64,000 bases of DNA from Phyllosticta citribraziliensis (lineage: Eukaryota), in contig NW_027117338.1 in NCBI RefSeq assembly GCF_038025025.1, forward strand, positions 2,976,001 through 3,040,000, in the 5' to 3' direction. Under the pieces are notes generated by a model, which saw nothing but the letters and a program-made list of their open reading frames with translations, made no database searches and was not told the origin of the DNA. The stretch's first letter is position 1; each line of letters opens with the position of its first letter. Made by a program: the position numbers and the translations under genes. Shown piece after piece: positions 12,863-26,045 of the stretch.

Positions 12863-14491
12863 TCAAATCGAACTCTCCTCCTCACTATCGTACTCCACCC
12901 CACAATCCCCATCACACTCACAAGAAGAGCACGAAAATGCCCCCGGCAAATCCTCCGCGCGCACGCCCGCGCCAAAAAGCCGCTGGAACCGCGCCGCGTG
13001 CGTGTTCCCCTGGTCGCTGACGCTGCTGTCGTTGCTGGTGTCGCTGGTGTAGCTGGTGCTGGTGTAGTCGCTGGTGAAGCTGGTGCCGAGCTCCATGACG
13101 CTGTCTGTCCGCTGCGTCTGCGTCTGCGTGGCGAGCTTGGATTTGCGGTAGTTGTGGCCGTGTGGTGGCGTGGGCGGCGGGATGCTGCTGCGGGAAGACG
13201 ATGATGAGGGCGAGGAGTGCTCTGATGAACTCTCCGACGACTCCGACAAAAACGACGAGAATGACGACGTCAAACCGCCGAACGTCGGGAAGAGGGGGTG
13301 TGTCGGCGGGTAGGCGAGCGTCGGCGACATGGTCGTGGTCGTTGGGGAGGCCGAGGCCGTGGCCGGGGAGGAGGAGGAGGAGTCGTTGGCGATGATGCCG
13401 CGCTGGCTCAGGCCGTCGACGAGGGTGAGCAGCGCTGTCGTTTCTGACGCCGTGAGGCCGTTGTCTGGGAGGAGGCGCCCGTCGCGGTGGGGACGCGGGG
13501 GAGGGGGCGCCAGCGGCCGGTGATGCTGGGGGCGCGGCGGCAGGGGGGCGAAGCTGACGTGTGGGCTGCTGTTGTTGTTGGTGGTGTTGCCGCTGCGCAG
13601 CATGTCCTGCCTGACGGCGGTGAGCAGGTGGCCGATGAGGCCCTGCGGCTGCTGCTGGACCGAGGGGACGGGGCGACGGGAGAAGGTGAGCGTGCTGGCG
13701 GGCTGGACGGCTGGGGCCGGTGGGAAATTGCGCTTGCGACGATGCGCCCAGGTGACCTCGAGGATCTGGTGGCCGCGCATGTGGCTCGACCTGCCATCGG
13801 TGCTGGCGGGAGGGGAGGGCAAGGTCGGACATGTTGGGCAGGTGACGCAACAGGAGCAGACTGAGGCCGAGCAGCCGTCGTGGGATTGCGGGACTGAGAC
13901 TGTGGGGGGGTTAGCGGTGGTGGTGGTGGTGGAGGAGGACGACGACGGAGAACAGTGGACACCAGAGAAGTTGGGAAACGAGGGGAGAGCAGGAGACATA
14001 CGATTGGCTTGTTGCCTCACCCTGTTGATGTAAATGGGCGCGTTGACGGCGTAGACGGCGCACTCCATCTGCATATCAAGCGAGAGTTCGGGGACGCTGG
14101 TGCAGGGCTTCTTCGGCATCGTGGTTCCTGCCTGGTAGTTGGTGTGGAGGACGTCGGAGAAGAAGAGCTTTGGCTGGCCGGCGATCTCGTCCAATTCGGT
14201 GCGTGGTGGCAGGTCCATGAAGTCCATGTTGTGGCAGTCAATGGTCTGGTGGTGACCGTTGGCGTCTGTCGTCTTGAACGGGGAGATGCGGCGGGCTTGG
14301 GCTGAGGGCTCGTTGTCGTTTTGTGCAGGGGAGAAAGTTGCGCGCGAGAAAGTCGACCGTCTCCTGACCGGGAGGTCGAGCCCCTGAAGCCTCTCCATGA
14401 GCTCTGCGGAGGTGTATCTCTCGCTTTTTTCGGGCTTGGAGCTCGATTCGGCGGTGAGGCGCAGAGGTGAGGTGCTCATGATTGAGGACAT
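12863..14491 (-). CDS. Hypothetical low-complexity Ser/Pro/Thr-rich protein (542 aa, single exon)
   Basis: Long ATG-initiated ORF between lad1 and vps54; no recognised domain; two small Cys clusters. Confidence 0.55.
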   Translation of the reverse strand: MSSIMSTSPLRLTAESSSKPEKSERYTSAELMERLQGLDLPVRRRSTFSRATFSPAQNDNEPSAQARRISPFKTTDANGHHQTIDCHNMDFMDLPPRTELDEIAGQPKLFFSDVLHTNYQAGTTMPKKPCTSVPELSLDMQMECAVYAVNAPIYINRVRQQANRMSPALPSFPNFSGVHCSPSSSSSTTTTTANPPTVSVPQSHDGCSASVCSCCVTCPTCPTLPSPPASTDGRSSHMRGHQILEVTWAHRRKRNFPPAPAVQPASTLTFSRRPVPSVQQQPQGLIGHLLTAVRQDMLRSGNTTNNNSSPHVSFAPLPPRPQHHRPLAPPPPRPHRDGRLLPDNGLTASETTALLTLVDGLSQRGIIANDSSSSSPATASASPTTTTMSPTLAYPPTHPLFPTFGGLTSSFSSFLSESSESSSEHSSPSSSSSRSSIPPPTPPHGHNYRKSKLATQTQTQRTDSVMELGTSFTSDYTSTSYTSDTSNDSSVSDQGNTHAARFQRLFGAGVRAEDLPGAFSCSSCECDGDCGVEYDSEEESSI

Positions 14492-15192
14492 GATGTCTTT
14501 GATGTTTCAATGGCGAGTAGGTGTAGCGTACAGCTAGGCGTTGAACCGAGTGGAAGGTTGGATTTGTGGTGTCTTTGCGTAGATGTAAAGTGCGCAGACG
14601 TAAGTGCGTAGGCGTAAGCTCGTGGGCGTAGAGAGCGTGAGTTGTGTGTAGCTGAAAGTTTGAACGCTTGTAGATGCAGAGCTGAAAGTGCGGATGAAAA
14701 GGGATGGAGAAGAAGGAAGCGAAGAAAGACTTATATCTGAGAGAATTCCGAACTGGTTGAGTCCTCCCAGGGATCAAAGGGTCGCATTCGAAGTCCAAAC
14801 CAGAATTGCCCTACTATTCGCCATCAGCGATTGGATGTCAACAACTTCATGGTCCCCTGGCTTGGCCTCATTATTTGATGGGATTCAGGGTCAAGGACGA
14901 CAAGTTGCATTGTGCAGCGACCGAGCCAAAGTTCTTTGTATGAGGGATTACTCTTTTGTCCAAGCGTCTTCGTCAACCATGGCGACAAAGAAACAGCAAT
15001 TGGAAGGATGACACATTGTTCGAGGAATAATTTGGTCAAGGGTCTGCTTGATATGGATATCCAACGCTCTCGCCATTGTTCGAGGCTCCCACGTAAACGC
15101 CGCCGCAAATGCAACCAATCTCAAAGCTCCCATATTATGCTGCGTTGAATCAAAAGTCATGTCTGGACAAGAATGAGCCAGGGTATTACAAC

Positions 15193-18100
15193 TCATGTAT
15201 TGGAGTCTGCGCTCGAGCGGTTACTCGAGTTCTGTTCCACGGGTGAGCCGGCCTCAACCACTTTTTCTTTGACAAGATCGGTAATATGCGTGCCAATGTC
15301 GCCGAAGCCGTCAATCTTGCTGAGCCGACTGTTGAATAGTTCGGCATCGCGGAGAAGTCTGAGCACGTATTAGCGTCGTCGTGAAGCCATGGTGAAAGAA
15401 AAGTACCTGGCCTTTCCAGCTGCAGTCCGCACGAGTGTTTCTCGGAAGACCGTGCCCCATTGCTCTCGGTAGCTGGAAAATACGGGACTGATGATTGATT
15501 GGACAGTAGGGTCAGGAAGATGGCGGCTCAGCGTCCGGTGGAAAGTATTTGTCTCTTTGGTGAGCGTTTCCATGTACGGGCTGACCTGCTCCTCTGCTGC
15601 TTCGTCAAAGTTTATTTTTCGCATTGCGTTGACGTGCACGTTGAGGCGGGCACTCATAATCTCAACCAGCTTGTCATGTATGTTGGCTTGCTGATCTTGG
15701 TAGAGTCGACGCATTTTGTCAAAGTCGGCGATGCCAGAGGAGGAAGATGTGTGGCGGCGAACGAATTCGCGAATATAAGGTATCAAAGCGATGAAGAAGT
15801 TGAGGGCCTGTGACGCGAGGGCTAGATGTTTTGTGGTGATGCTCTTGAGACCTGCTGTCTCCTTGGCTCCAGCTCCCAATATGAGTTGACAAGCCCTGGA
15901 CTGGAAACTGCGCAAGTAGTCTAGCAAGGCGACCGAGACCTCTGTAGTAATGCTGGGTATCACGGCAATGAGGTTCTCGAAGCGATCAATACCATGCAAG
16001 GCAGCCATGACACAGTCGACCAGAACAAACTTCTCGTCATCAATCACGGCGCTCTTGGGCGTCTTGCTTGTGCCATTTGATTCGGTCGTGGAGCCATTGA
16101 TCTCCTCTGTAGGCACATCTTCCCAGATGATCTTGCTCTTCGTCCACACCGCCGGGTCGCTGCTCATGGCCTCAAGGATTCTGTTCAGAACGACAGAATC
16201 GTGGTCGGTAAAGTCTTTGGCCTCCCACCTGTCCCCATCCATGATTTGGCGCAGGCGGTTGCTCTCCATTTGACCCATGTTTGTGACGAATTGCTTGATT
16301 TGATTGTCGACGACCCCTTTTAGCGCAGCTCCCGAACGTCCAGAGACGGCTTCGCACTCGTCCGCAAAGAGGCGGTTGACGAAGAAGTAGCGCAAAAAAC
16401 GTTGCAGCGGGAGGCGTACTGTCTGTTCCCCTCTGACTCGTAATATCTTTGTGATTTGGTTTTGCGCCGCATCAACCGCCTGGCCCAAGAGACTCGACAT
16501 GTCAAGAGATTGCATGAGCTCCTCCTGCAAATGGCCGTCCAATGGAAGCTCTGGTACGGGCTTGTTTAGATAGCCGTCCAATGCTGTGGCATTGAGATTC
16601 GGGCTTTTGGGAGGAGACCTGATTCCGGGCGAAATGGCGGTGCCGCTGGAGACATCAAGCAAGAGCTTGACCTGTGTGCTAAGCCTTCGCAAAGCTTCGC
16701 CAACGTCGGTATATATGTTGACCAAGAGTTGCTCCGAGTCCTCGTGTTCCAAGGACCGCAAGTTCCTAGCCAGGATACTCGACTTCTCCTGTTGCGACGT
16801 CGCTCTACTACTGGCTCTTGTGGAAGTAGAAATAGTAGACTCTGCATCGTCGTCCGTAGAGCTTGGCAGGTGCTGGCGAATCAAGACCTTCATCTCGCGA
16901 GTGACAGCATCCCGAAACGCTGCTGTGGCGACGCTGGTGTGGTTGGACCGGCTAAGGCCCATCAGAATCCCCAGAAGTGACGTTCGCATTACGCTTTCGG
17001 TGCGCAAGTACGCTGGAAGTGTCATCGGACGGTTATCGCCCCTGGTCCGCAACGACGCCGACGCCCATCTCTGAAGTGTCTCAGGTTTGGGCACGCTTTT
17101 GATGTGTTTCCGCAAGTCGTCCATGAGGATTTCGAGGAATCGCGACTCGAAGCCTTTGCCAACTCTGGCCCGCATTTGCAACATGCCTTGGGCGAATCCA
17201 TCCAGTGCCTTGAGCTCTCGCAGATCGATGAGATTTCGCGGGAGGTAATCCGGTAGCCAGCTCTGATCGTCTGCCCCTGTCACCATCAAGTCTCCGGAGA
17301 CGAGGAGCTCCAACATGTCCATTCTGTCCAAAGCATCCTCGAGTCTTCCTTCGTCAATGAGATCCTCGCAGCTAGCGACGCCTTCTACGACTGCGCGGAG
17401 TTGGTCGACCGCGTTGGTCAACTTGCCCAGATTTTCTCTTCGCCGCTTCATGCCAACAATCTTTAATCCACCAATGGCCATGTCGTTATCAAGTCGGTCC
17501 AGATCGTGACGAAGAGCCTGGATGCGTTTGACGGATTCCGCAGCTTCGGATTGCAATTCGCGCAAAGAGCCCAGAGCTGCAAAAAAGGAGGTAGATGCGG
17601 TGGATATCGACGAAATCAGATGAATTTCCACAGTATCCATGTACCAGGACAGCTTCTCTTGCAGAATGGCGTTTGTGGCCAGCGCTTTCCTCCGGCCAGG
17701 GCCAGGAGAGTCCAGGGAACCATTGGACACCCTGGTGTCCTGAGGTTGCTGAATAACCTCTGATCGCTCGCTCACGACGTCAAAGGTGCGCGGATTTTCC
17801 AAGTGAAAGTCTTCCTGGAAGTAGACGTCCGGGATCGTCGACAGCGGTGCGACTGCGTTGGGGTTCCGCTTCGAGTTTCCTCCACTGGATCTCCGTCGCA
17901 TTTTGGGGGACTCTCCTGATGACAGGCTCGTGGCAGACTCCTGTCGTGATAACGACGGTCTTTCCGGATGTTGGCTCAACCGTCGCTCCAAGATTTCCGC
18001 AAACTCGTCCTTTTTCGGATCCCTGCGAAACAGTTGCGCGGCGCCATTGTCCGAGTCGGCCTTTGCTCTTTGGAAAGCGTCAAAGAGGGATCCCACTTGG

Positions 18101-18555
18101 GAGAGATAGGTCTTGAAGGCTGCGGGTTCGACATGCGGGATGTTGGTCAGGGTGACTGGGGGGATGTCTTTCTGGGAGGGGGCTTTGACAGCAGAGGGCG
18201 CGGAGGTGTACGGTAGTAGGCCAGTTCGGACAATAGGAGGTTGCAGCAGGGTAGATATTGCTGGAAAAGGTCAGCACATGCCAGTCTCACGCATACAGAG
18301 TCGCGTCCAACCATTATGACCGCTTTCCGTCACGGGTGCTATGTGCCTATGTGACGTATCGAGGCTGCCGCCAATGGAATGTATTGAGCTTGCGGTCGAG
18401 TCTCGACGCGGTCGGTATCTGCTACTCTGGCTAGAGCTCGGCCTTTTGGCCCAGTCTTGCTGCGCGGTGGGAAATTGGAGACGGTTCGAGGAGAGCGACG
18501 CGGGGGAGTCGAGGCTCTCGGTGGACCTCCGGGGGGAGGGAGCCCGAGACGGCAT
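15193..18555 (-). CDS. vps54: GARP complex subunit Vps54
   Basis: NAISTLLQPPIVRTG, PLSTIPDVYFQEDFHLENPRTF, LQEKLSWYMDTVEIHL, QLILGAGA..AGLKSITTKHLALASQ; introns 18261-18311 and 15359-15406. Confidence 0.95.
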
Positions 18556-19155
18556 TGTCGAGGTGCGATAAAGGAGCGTGCGGCCGGGAGAGGCATAGGG
18601 AGTGCAATGACTCTATTTCGAGAGGGTGGCAGCTTTCCGAGTAATCATTCCCGCGAGTCCAACTGGAGGGAGACCATGGATGTGAAATTGATGTTGAGCA
18701 GTTGGAGCTCAAGGTGGCCTTGTCATCCAAGGTGGCTTCCCTCCGCAGGCGGAGCCAGTGCCACAGTTCTGCCGGTCTGCATGGATTCGGCTTCACCTGG
18801 TGCGCCACACCTCAGCCGCAAACAAGCATTGCGCGCCGTCATTGGTTTGTGAGGCGCTGTCTGGCTGTCGTTGACACCATGTGATTGTGAAAAATAGAGC
18901 CAAGAAAAAATCCCAATTGCATTACCCTGCCAAATGCCTCGCCATGAAGTCAAGTTCAATAGTAATGCATCTTGCTCCTGGGTATTCCATCCGACGCCAC
19001 TTGTGCCCTGCCACCATTTTGCCAGATGCGATCCAAACCCTAGCTGCCAGCGCCGAGTGAAGAAGCCCAAAACAAGACACTCCAAATGCCAATGAGCATG
19101 CTGCCGCGTCAAAATGCAAATTCTAGAAGTGAACAACAAAGGTCTCCCGAGAAAA

Positions 19156-20887
19156 TTATCGCCACAAATCCGCCCTGCTACCGCGCTTGAAACTTCCCTG
19201 ACTGCTCGTGTGAGCGTGGCCCCGAGTCCAGCTGCCTGCACTCTTGGGCCGATCGGGCATGTCAGCCGGGACGGCAAGGAATCCACCAAATCCATTACCA
19301 ACCACCACACTCTTTCGCGAGTCACCACCCCATTGCGGTCCAAGGCCTCTGGAAGCCTCATAAGCGGAGAGAGGCCGGCCCATGCTAAAACTGCCCCTAT
19401 TTCCAGGTTCCTCGGCAGGCTCAAACGACGTGAAGATCCAGTCGAGCTCGTCAAGGCCTTTGGTGTAAATGTCCAATGGCTGGGTAAGGCTCCTTGGGCC
19501 CGCTCCACGGCCATCTTGAGCAAACGAAGGCATAGGAGGAGCGAGCGTCAGCGTCTCGACGAAATCAGGATCACGTACATAGAGCTCCTGGAGACCCGGA
19601 AGGGAGTGGGTGAGAAGAGAAGTGATCAAGTAAGCATAGTACGACGAATGGGGTGGCTGAAGTCCCTGGAGCGCATTGGAAGCAGAAGTAATTTCGAAGT
19701 TGAGGGTACGCAGAGATGCCGAGCGGATCGGGGGACGGGCTTCCATTGGTAGCGGGGCCGTGACGGCGGACAAGATTCTCAGTTCGGCGAGAGCAGGCGC
19801 AGCTGAAATGACGGAATGAAGTTCGGCAACAAGGACTCCAGTATTGTCCAAGGTGAGCGTCTGCAGCTTTGCTGACGTGTCGAAGCGAGACAGATAGGTT
19901 CGCAGACCAGCGGCAGTGATGGAGGGCATTTCACGGAACTTGAGATGCTCCACCGCGGGAAAGGGCGCAACGACCGAAGCCTCTTCGAATATGGCATCGC
20001 CAAGCCAGGGGGTGTCTGAAATGTCGAGTTCTCGGAGCTCCGGCAAGCACGAGATAATCTTCCGTAGCGTGACTGGCTCAATCCTGAGCCTGGAAATCTC
20101 CAACACCTCCAATCTCTGCCAGACTCCTTGAAACAGAAGCTCGAAGAGCTGCTCGCTTCCCGCGTCGTACCTCATCTTCCGAATCTGGGGGCATCTGGCC
20201 TGCAGCTCTTGCCGCAGCGCGAGACTGGACGCATCGCCCGCGTAGAAGCCGTCTGGAAGGTCGACGTAGTGGAGGTTCGGGAGGACTGAAATGGTTCGAG
20301 CGAGGTCGGCTTTGGAGGTTTCCCTGGTCATATAGGGTACTTTCAAGAGCGTCACGGAATTGGCGAGATGCTGATTTTCGCGGACTGTCCTGGCAAACAG
20401 CGTGAGACGCAGCGTGGGGATGTCGGTAGGCTCGTGGCGCGACCTTCGTTTGCGCTTTTCGGTGAGGATCTCCTCGAGCTCGCAGTAGTGGACGGCATCA
20501 ATGCGGACGCTCTTGTAGCTGCACGGACAGATTAGCCTTGCCAATTGTGGACGTAGTGTCGGCTTACAGTAGGCCCTGAGCGACGGCATTCCAGCGGCGG
20601 CGCACCTGAGCACAATGGGCTAGGTCGCGCAAATCACACAACATGCAGCCGTCTCCGACCATGGAGTGCTCGCTCGTCTCGTAGGAGTCATCATTGGCGT
20701 GGGGACAGACGAAGGAGAAGATGTTGTTTAGAACCTTGTCCGGAAGTGCCTCGGTGAAGTCACGCCCGCTGGGATTCGGGGGCGCGGCGTAGTAAGCAGC
20801 GTGGCCGTACTTGGCGACGCTTGCCTGCCTGGATTTGGGATTGTCCTTGGGAGCGTTTCGGTGCCGAAAGTGTTTGAAGAAGCCCAT
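19156..20887 (-). CDS. F-box protein with LRR-like repeats
   Basis: F-box LPDKVLNNIFSFVCPH...CMLCDLRDLAHCAQV; intron 20519-20567 joins to YKSVRIDAVHYC; downstream LxxLxL repeats. Confidence 0.85.
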
Positions 20888-22890
20888 GGCGCGGCGGATA
20901 AAGCTGTTGGGAAAGCAGGGTCAACCTCAGCACCACAAGATACCTGGTAGGGGTACTATATCTGCGATCGGGGGAGGGGGCGTGGCAGGGCTGGGGGGAG
21001 CTGGGCTGGGGGGGAGCTGCAGGCGCAGTGTGGATAGAGCTTCTCAGGAATGTGACTTGACTGGAGACGTGCCTTCGCTGTCCATTGTAAGAGCCGTGGC
21101 GATGGTCCATGGCAGGGCTTGGGGGTCTTCGGCTGTTCGGCGCGGGCGCGCACGGCAGGAGTACGGGTAGGGTAGGGTAGGGTAGGTGGTTTGTAGCAGC
21201 GTGGTGGAGAGGGCGTAAATTAGGGATCTAGGAGCTGTATGCCGGGGCCGGGCAGACCAACGAGCAGCAGAGATGCAGGCCCGAGAGCATGTACGTAGGT
21301 AGATGGTATTTTTTTGATGAAGGTTTAGAGTTCCGAATGAAACATTCGCGCAGGTGCAAGGGCAGCGGCTTTCATATCCAACGTGAAGCCCAGAGCATCC
21401 CCTGCGCCGCATATTAAGCGTCGATCACAGCGCGCGTCGCCATCCCCTTTGCAACGACAGTGGCAGCTGTCGACGCCATTCGTTTGGCCCTTTGGGCGTA
21501 GTCGCGAGCCGTTTGCGAGGCCAGATCCTGTTGGCGGAGGCGAGCGACGCCAGCAACCAAACGGCGGAGCAGCGTGGCTTCATTCAGGGTCAGGTCGGGT
21601 TCCGCACTGGACCGTACCTGCGGCGAGCCTATTCTTAGCTGGCGCGTATATCATGATTGATCATGGCCAGCGTCTACAGAGCCAACGGCACCGAGCACGG
21701 GCATGGGATTGGTCGACGGGGGGCCGCACGCAGCGTGAATCCTGCACAATGTGATGTGCCGGCCCGAGGTCGTGGAGAGGTACAAGAGGCAACATGAACC
21801 GAAGAGGACAGACATTTCATGATTTGCAAATGGTGAATCCTGTCGTCACACGTGCGGACGGTGCTCAGAGCCGCCGTCCACAGCGTCCATTTGGGGGGAG
21901 GGAGATCAAATGCATGATAGCGTCAGGCACAGCAGGCTACAAACAGCAATGCCTCGCAGCAAACACCATCCGCAGCGACAACGATGGGACAGCATGGGGG
22001 CTGGCGTCTTGACTTGGCTTGACATTGCATGGCTCTTGAATCAATCAAAGCAGCGCTGAACCATGGATGACCCAGGGACAGGACGTTGTCCTTTGCAGCC
22101 ACGCGGGCTCGTCGTGCGAATGAGAAGCGCTGCCCACATGTTTCAGGCTACATGGCGGCGAGCCGCGATGCGCAGAGGGACGTGGGCCCACGACTCGCGG
22201 ATATATCGAGGTCGAATTCCTTTCGATGCAAGTGAAGCAGCTGGAGCGATGGCTGCGAGGTGGTTGTGGCCGTCGTCGTCGCCGCCGCCCTCCACGCAGC
22301 CTCACCCACCTCGACTCAACCCAACCCAACGGCATGCCGTCTGCCGCAGCGCATCCGTTGGACGTCTCGAGTTGAAATTTCAGTAAAAAGCATCCTGTGC
22401 CCTAAGCCGGCCGTCAAGGAATACTCCCCGTCTCCTTTCTTAGCGCGCCGTTGTCTCTTCGGCGCCGGCACAGCTACCCTACCACACCCTACCTTACGCG
22501 AGTGTGGTGCGTGGTCCTTCAAGGCCCTTCACTTCGCTCGCCCAGGCTCACGTCGTCGACGCTCACCCAAACTCCAGACCATACATACCCTCCAGTCCCA
22601 TCTCACCGACACCGACCCACCTGTGCGTGTGCTGTAGCTACGTCCTAGCTCTAGCCACCTTACTCGACCACCGCTGGCTGGTCCCGTCCGCTTCTGCACC
22701 TCGCCAGAGCTCCTCCGCCCGTCGGCATCCTTGCGGTCGAAGCTCTCTCGGGTCCCGCTACCGTCATTTTTGACTCCTTTCCGCCGCAACCCGCCATCTC
22801 TCGCCGACCGCCAGTCCCTGCTCGCTTCGTGCGTCCATTGCCATCCATCACCTCTTCTTCCCCCTCTCCGACATCGTACATTACTACACC

Positions 22891-24917
22891 ATGGCCGCCA
22901 ATCCGCCCCAGGGGAGCAACCTGGACCGCTACGTCGTCATTCACGTAGGAACCACGTGTGACGAGCATGGCGTCTACGTTACAAAGGACTCGGCCGAGGT
23001 CATTGAGATTGGCTGGATTCTGCTCGATGCCAAAACCTGCGAAGAGGTGCCATTCTCCAGCCCCCATTGCCAATTGGCAAATTTTTGCTGACTGCCCTTG
23101 GACAGCTCCACCGCGAGAGCGTCCTCGTCAAGCCCGTCAACACCCCCATCACGCCCCTTTGCAGTAAGTCCCACCGCCTCAATTGCTCTCTCCGGTGCCT
23201 GACTCGGTGCTTCCTACAGCTTCCCTCACCACCTTGACCTGGGAGCACGTCCGCAACGCCGGCTCTTTCCGTGATGCAATCAACCGCTTCGACCAGTTTG
23301 CCAACGAGCACCTCTTGTCCAAGAACCTCGAATTCGCCTTTGTTACACTCGACTCGTGGGACTTGCGTGTGCAGCTTCCCCGTGAAGCTCGGGACAAGGC
23401 AGTCGTTCTTCCTCCATACCTCCAGCACTCGAGAACCTTTGACCTGCGCACCGAATACCAGCGCTGGCAGGCTCACCACCCGGAGTCTCTTCCCTTTGGC
23501 TCCAGTGCCCTGTCCAACATTTGTGCTGCCCTCGAGGTTGAACCTGTGCAATCTTCGGCCCCCATCAAGCACAACCTGCCCTTCCACCTGCAGGCCTTGG
23601 CTCCCGCGTCGCCCAGGCGTGCAATGGAAGAGGCCGTGACCCTTGCCCGAGTTCTCCGTGGTCTGATCCGCAAGTCCCAGCCGCCTCACGAGCACCCCGA
23701 CGTCTTGACCCGCCCAATGGACGCCAGGGCCGACGTCCGTGCCTTTTTGTCGGAGCGTAGCAAGGTCCTTCACATGAGCGGACTCCCCCACGACACGACC
23801 CAGTCTGAATTGGAGAGCTGGTTCACCCAGTTTGGCGGGCGTCCCATTGCCTTTTGGACGCTTCGTACTCCCGACCAGCACAAGCCCACTGGCACTGGCT
23901 TTGCCATCTTCTCTTCTCACGAAGAGGTAGGTTTCTCGGCTAATTACAAGCAACGATACCAGAAGCACTTTCAAGGATGCTAATTCGAACCAGGCCGCCG
24001 AAAGCCTCTGCATGAACGGTCGTGCGTTGAATGAAAAGGCCATCGAAGTGTCTCCCTCGAGCAGCCGTGTTCTCGACCGTGCCGCCGAGATTCTGACTCC
24101 GTTCCCGCCGAGCAAGAACCGCCCCCGCCCTGGCGACTGGACCTGCCCATCTTGCGGATTCTCCAACTTCCAGCGCCGCACTGCCTGTTTCCGTTGCTCG
24201 TTCCCAGCCATGTCTGGTCCTGCTGGTGACCCCATGGGCGGCTACCCTTACGGCTATGGCCACCCCGGAATGATGGGCCCTCCGCACCACATGGGCCACG
24301 GCCACGGTATGCCTGGCCACATGCGCGGCGGCAACAGCGGCGGCATCGTCCCATTTAGAGCCGGCGACTGGAAGTGCGGCTCTGATGGATGCGGCTACCA
24401 CAACTTTGCCAAGAACGTAAGCTGCCTCCGCTGCGGCGCCAGCCGTGCCGGTGCAGCGGTTGTCGCCGACACTGCGTTCCCTTCGCCCATGGACACGCCA
24501 TCGAGCTACGGCATGGGTCCGCCTTCGATGGCTGGAACCCCTGGCGGCGGACCCTTTGGAGCCGCTGGTGGTTTTGGCTCCGGCGCTGGTTTCCCCGGAC
24601 AGCAATTTGGCGGCCCTCCATCGACCTACGCCCTCCCTTCCGGCATCGGTGCTGCGAGCCCTTATCCGCCCATGGGCGGCCAATACGCTCCCAACGGTGG
24701 AATGCACGCGTCTCCCTTTGACAGCCGTGCCGCCGAGGCTGCCTTTTCCTCAGCTGGGCAGGCCCCTGCGTCGGCCGGTGCCGGCTTCTCCAACGGCGGC
24801 ATGCCAGACGGATCCAGCGACCCGTTCTCCTTCCTCACTCCTAGCTTTGGACAGCTTTCAGTGGGCGATGATGCCCGGCGCAACGTCGGCAACGCCGCCA
24901 ACAAGTCCCCCGCTTGA
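22891..24917 (+). CDS. nrp1: Nrp1/Arp-like RNA-binding protein (exonuclease-like domain, RRM, two RanBP2 zinc fingers)
   Basis: RRM (KVLHMSGLP..TGFAIF), RanBP2 fingers GDWTCPSCGFSNFQRRTACFRC and GDWKCGSDGCGYHNFAKNVSCLRC; introns 23047-23105, 23164-23219, 23927-23993. Confidence 0.9.
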
Positions 24918-25451
24918 ACTCGACATGACGGTGAAAGTCGTTGCGTTCCTTTCTCGCACATCGGATTGAAAACCTTTTATTATTCGGGCGGCAGCAACGA
25001 CTAGCGACGGCGCGGGATGGGCATGTTGTTTTTCAATTTATGCGGATCGACCTGGCAGTTCAGAATCGGCACTCGGTTGTGTGCAGGGAGCATGGCGGCA
25101 GGTTGGCACAAGGCATAGAGCGAGATGAAAATCTCGGTATGGTGTTTCGGAAGCTTCATTGAGAACAAAAGTACGGATGGCGGACATGAAGCGGGGACAG
25201 GTCATATGTGCACGGCGTCTCATGTGCAGCCGTCATTGCCGTCTTTTTTTGCGGTACTTGCTTTTCAGGCTTCTAGCACGCGTCCATCTCGTGGGCCTTG
25301 CTCTTTCCACTTTCTCGTCACCTGGTTTCTGCGGATTTCTCTCTGGCTAGGTCTCTTCTCGGATGTCTTTTCCCAAAACTTGCGGCATAGCGTTAGCGGG
25401 GGTTATGGGCGGATGGGAACTTTGGGGGCGCTGGGTTGTGTGTGGGGTGCT

Positions 25452-25471
25452 GGGGGGGGGGGGGGGGGGGG
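25452..25471. repeat. Poly-G tract (G20)
   Basis: Seen directly downstream of nrp1. Confidence 0.95.
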
Positions 25472-26045
25472 CGGTGGGTCGGCCATGCGAGGGATGGATG
25501 GGATGGGCGGACGGATGGGTATCTTTCCTCTTTTTTCCCCTCATTCCCTTACCTTGGATGCTGCTCTCTCTCTCTCTCTGTTGTTTCTATTTTTTCCCCT
25601 TATTTCTATTCACCAACGCGAGACCAAAATTGAGAGAATCACATAAACGCGCGGTGTAGATCATTCATGACAAGAATGTAGCAGACTGTTCAGCTCAAGA
25701 ATGCATTGTATCAAGCTCAAAGAATTGTCGGGACGGAATCCCCTTGAATGACATTGTGATGTTCACAAGCCCAGTCCAGAACCCCAGTCGATCAACAGCT
25801 GTCAGCCATCGCTTGCTGTCCAGCTCTTGCGGCAAAACAGATTATCCGGCAGCTGTCGCTCGGAACCCTTGCGCGAAACGCCGCCTGCCCAATCACCAGA
25901 ATCACGTCCATTGTGCACCAAACTTGCCGGGCAGTACATCTCCATTCATCTGGTATCGTGTCAAAGCAGCGGCGAGCCCCCAGGAAGCGTCGATCCAGGA
26001 ATCTGAGAGATCAACGCCCCGACACGTTACCAAGACCGGGGTCTG

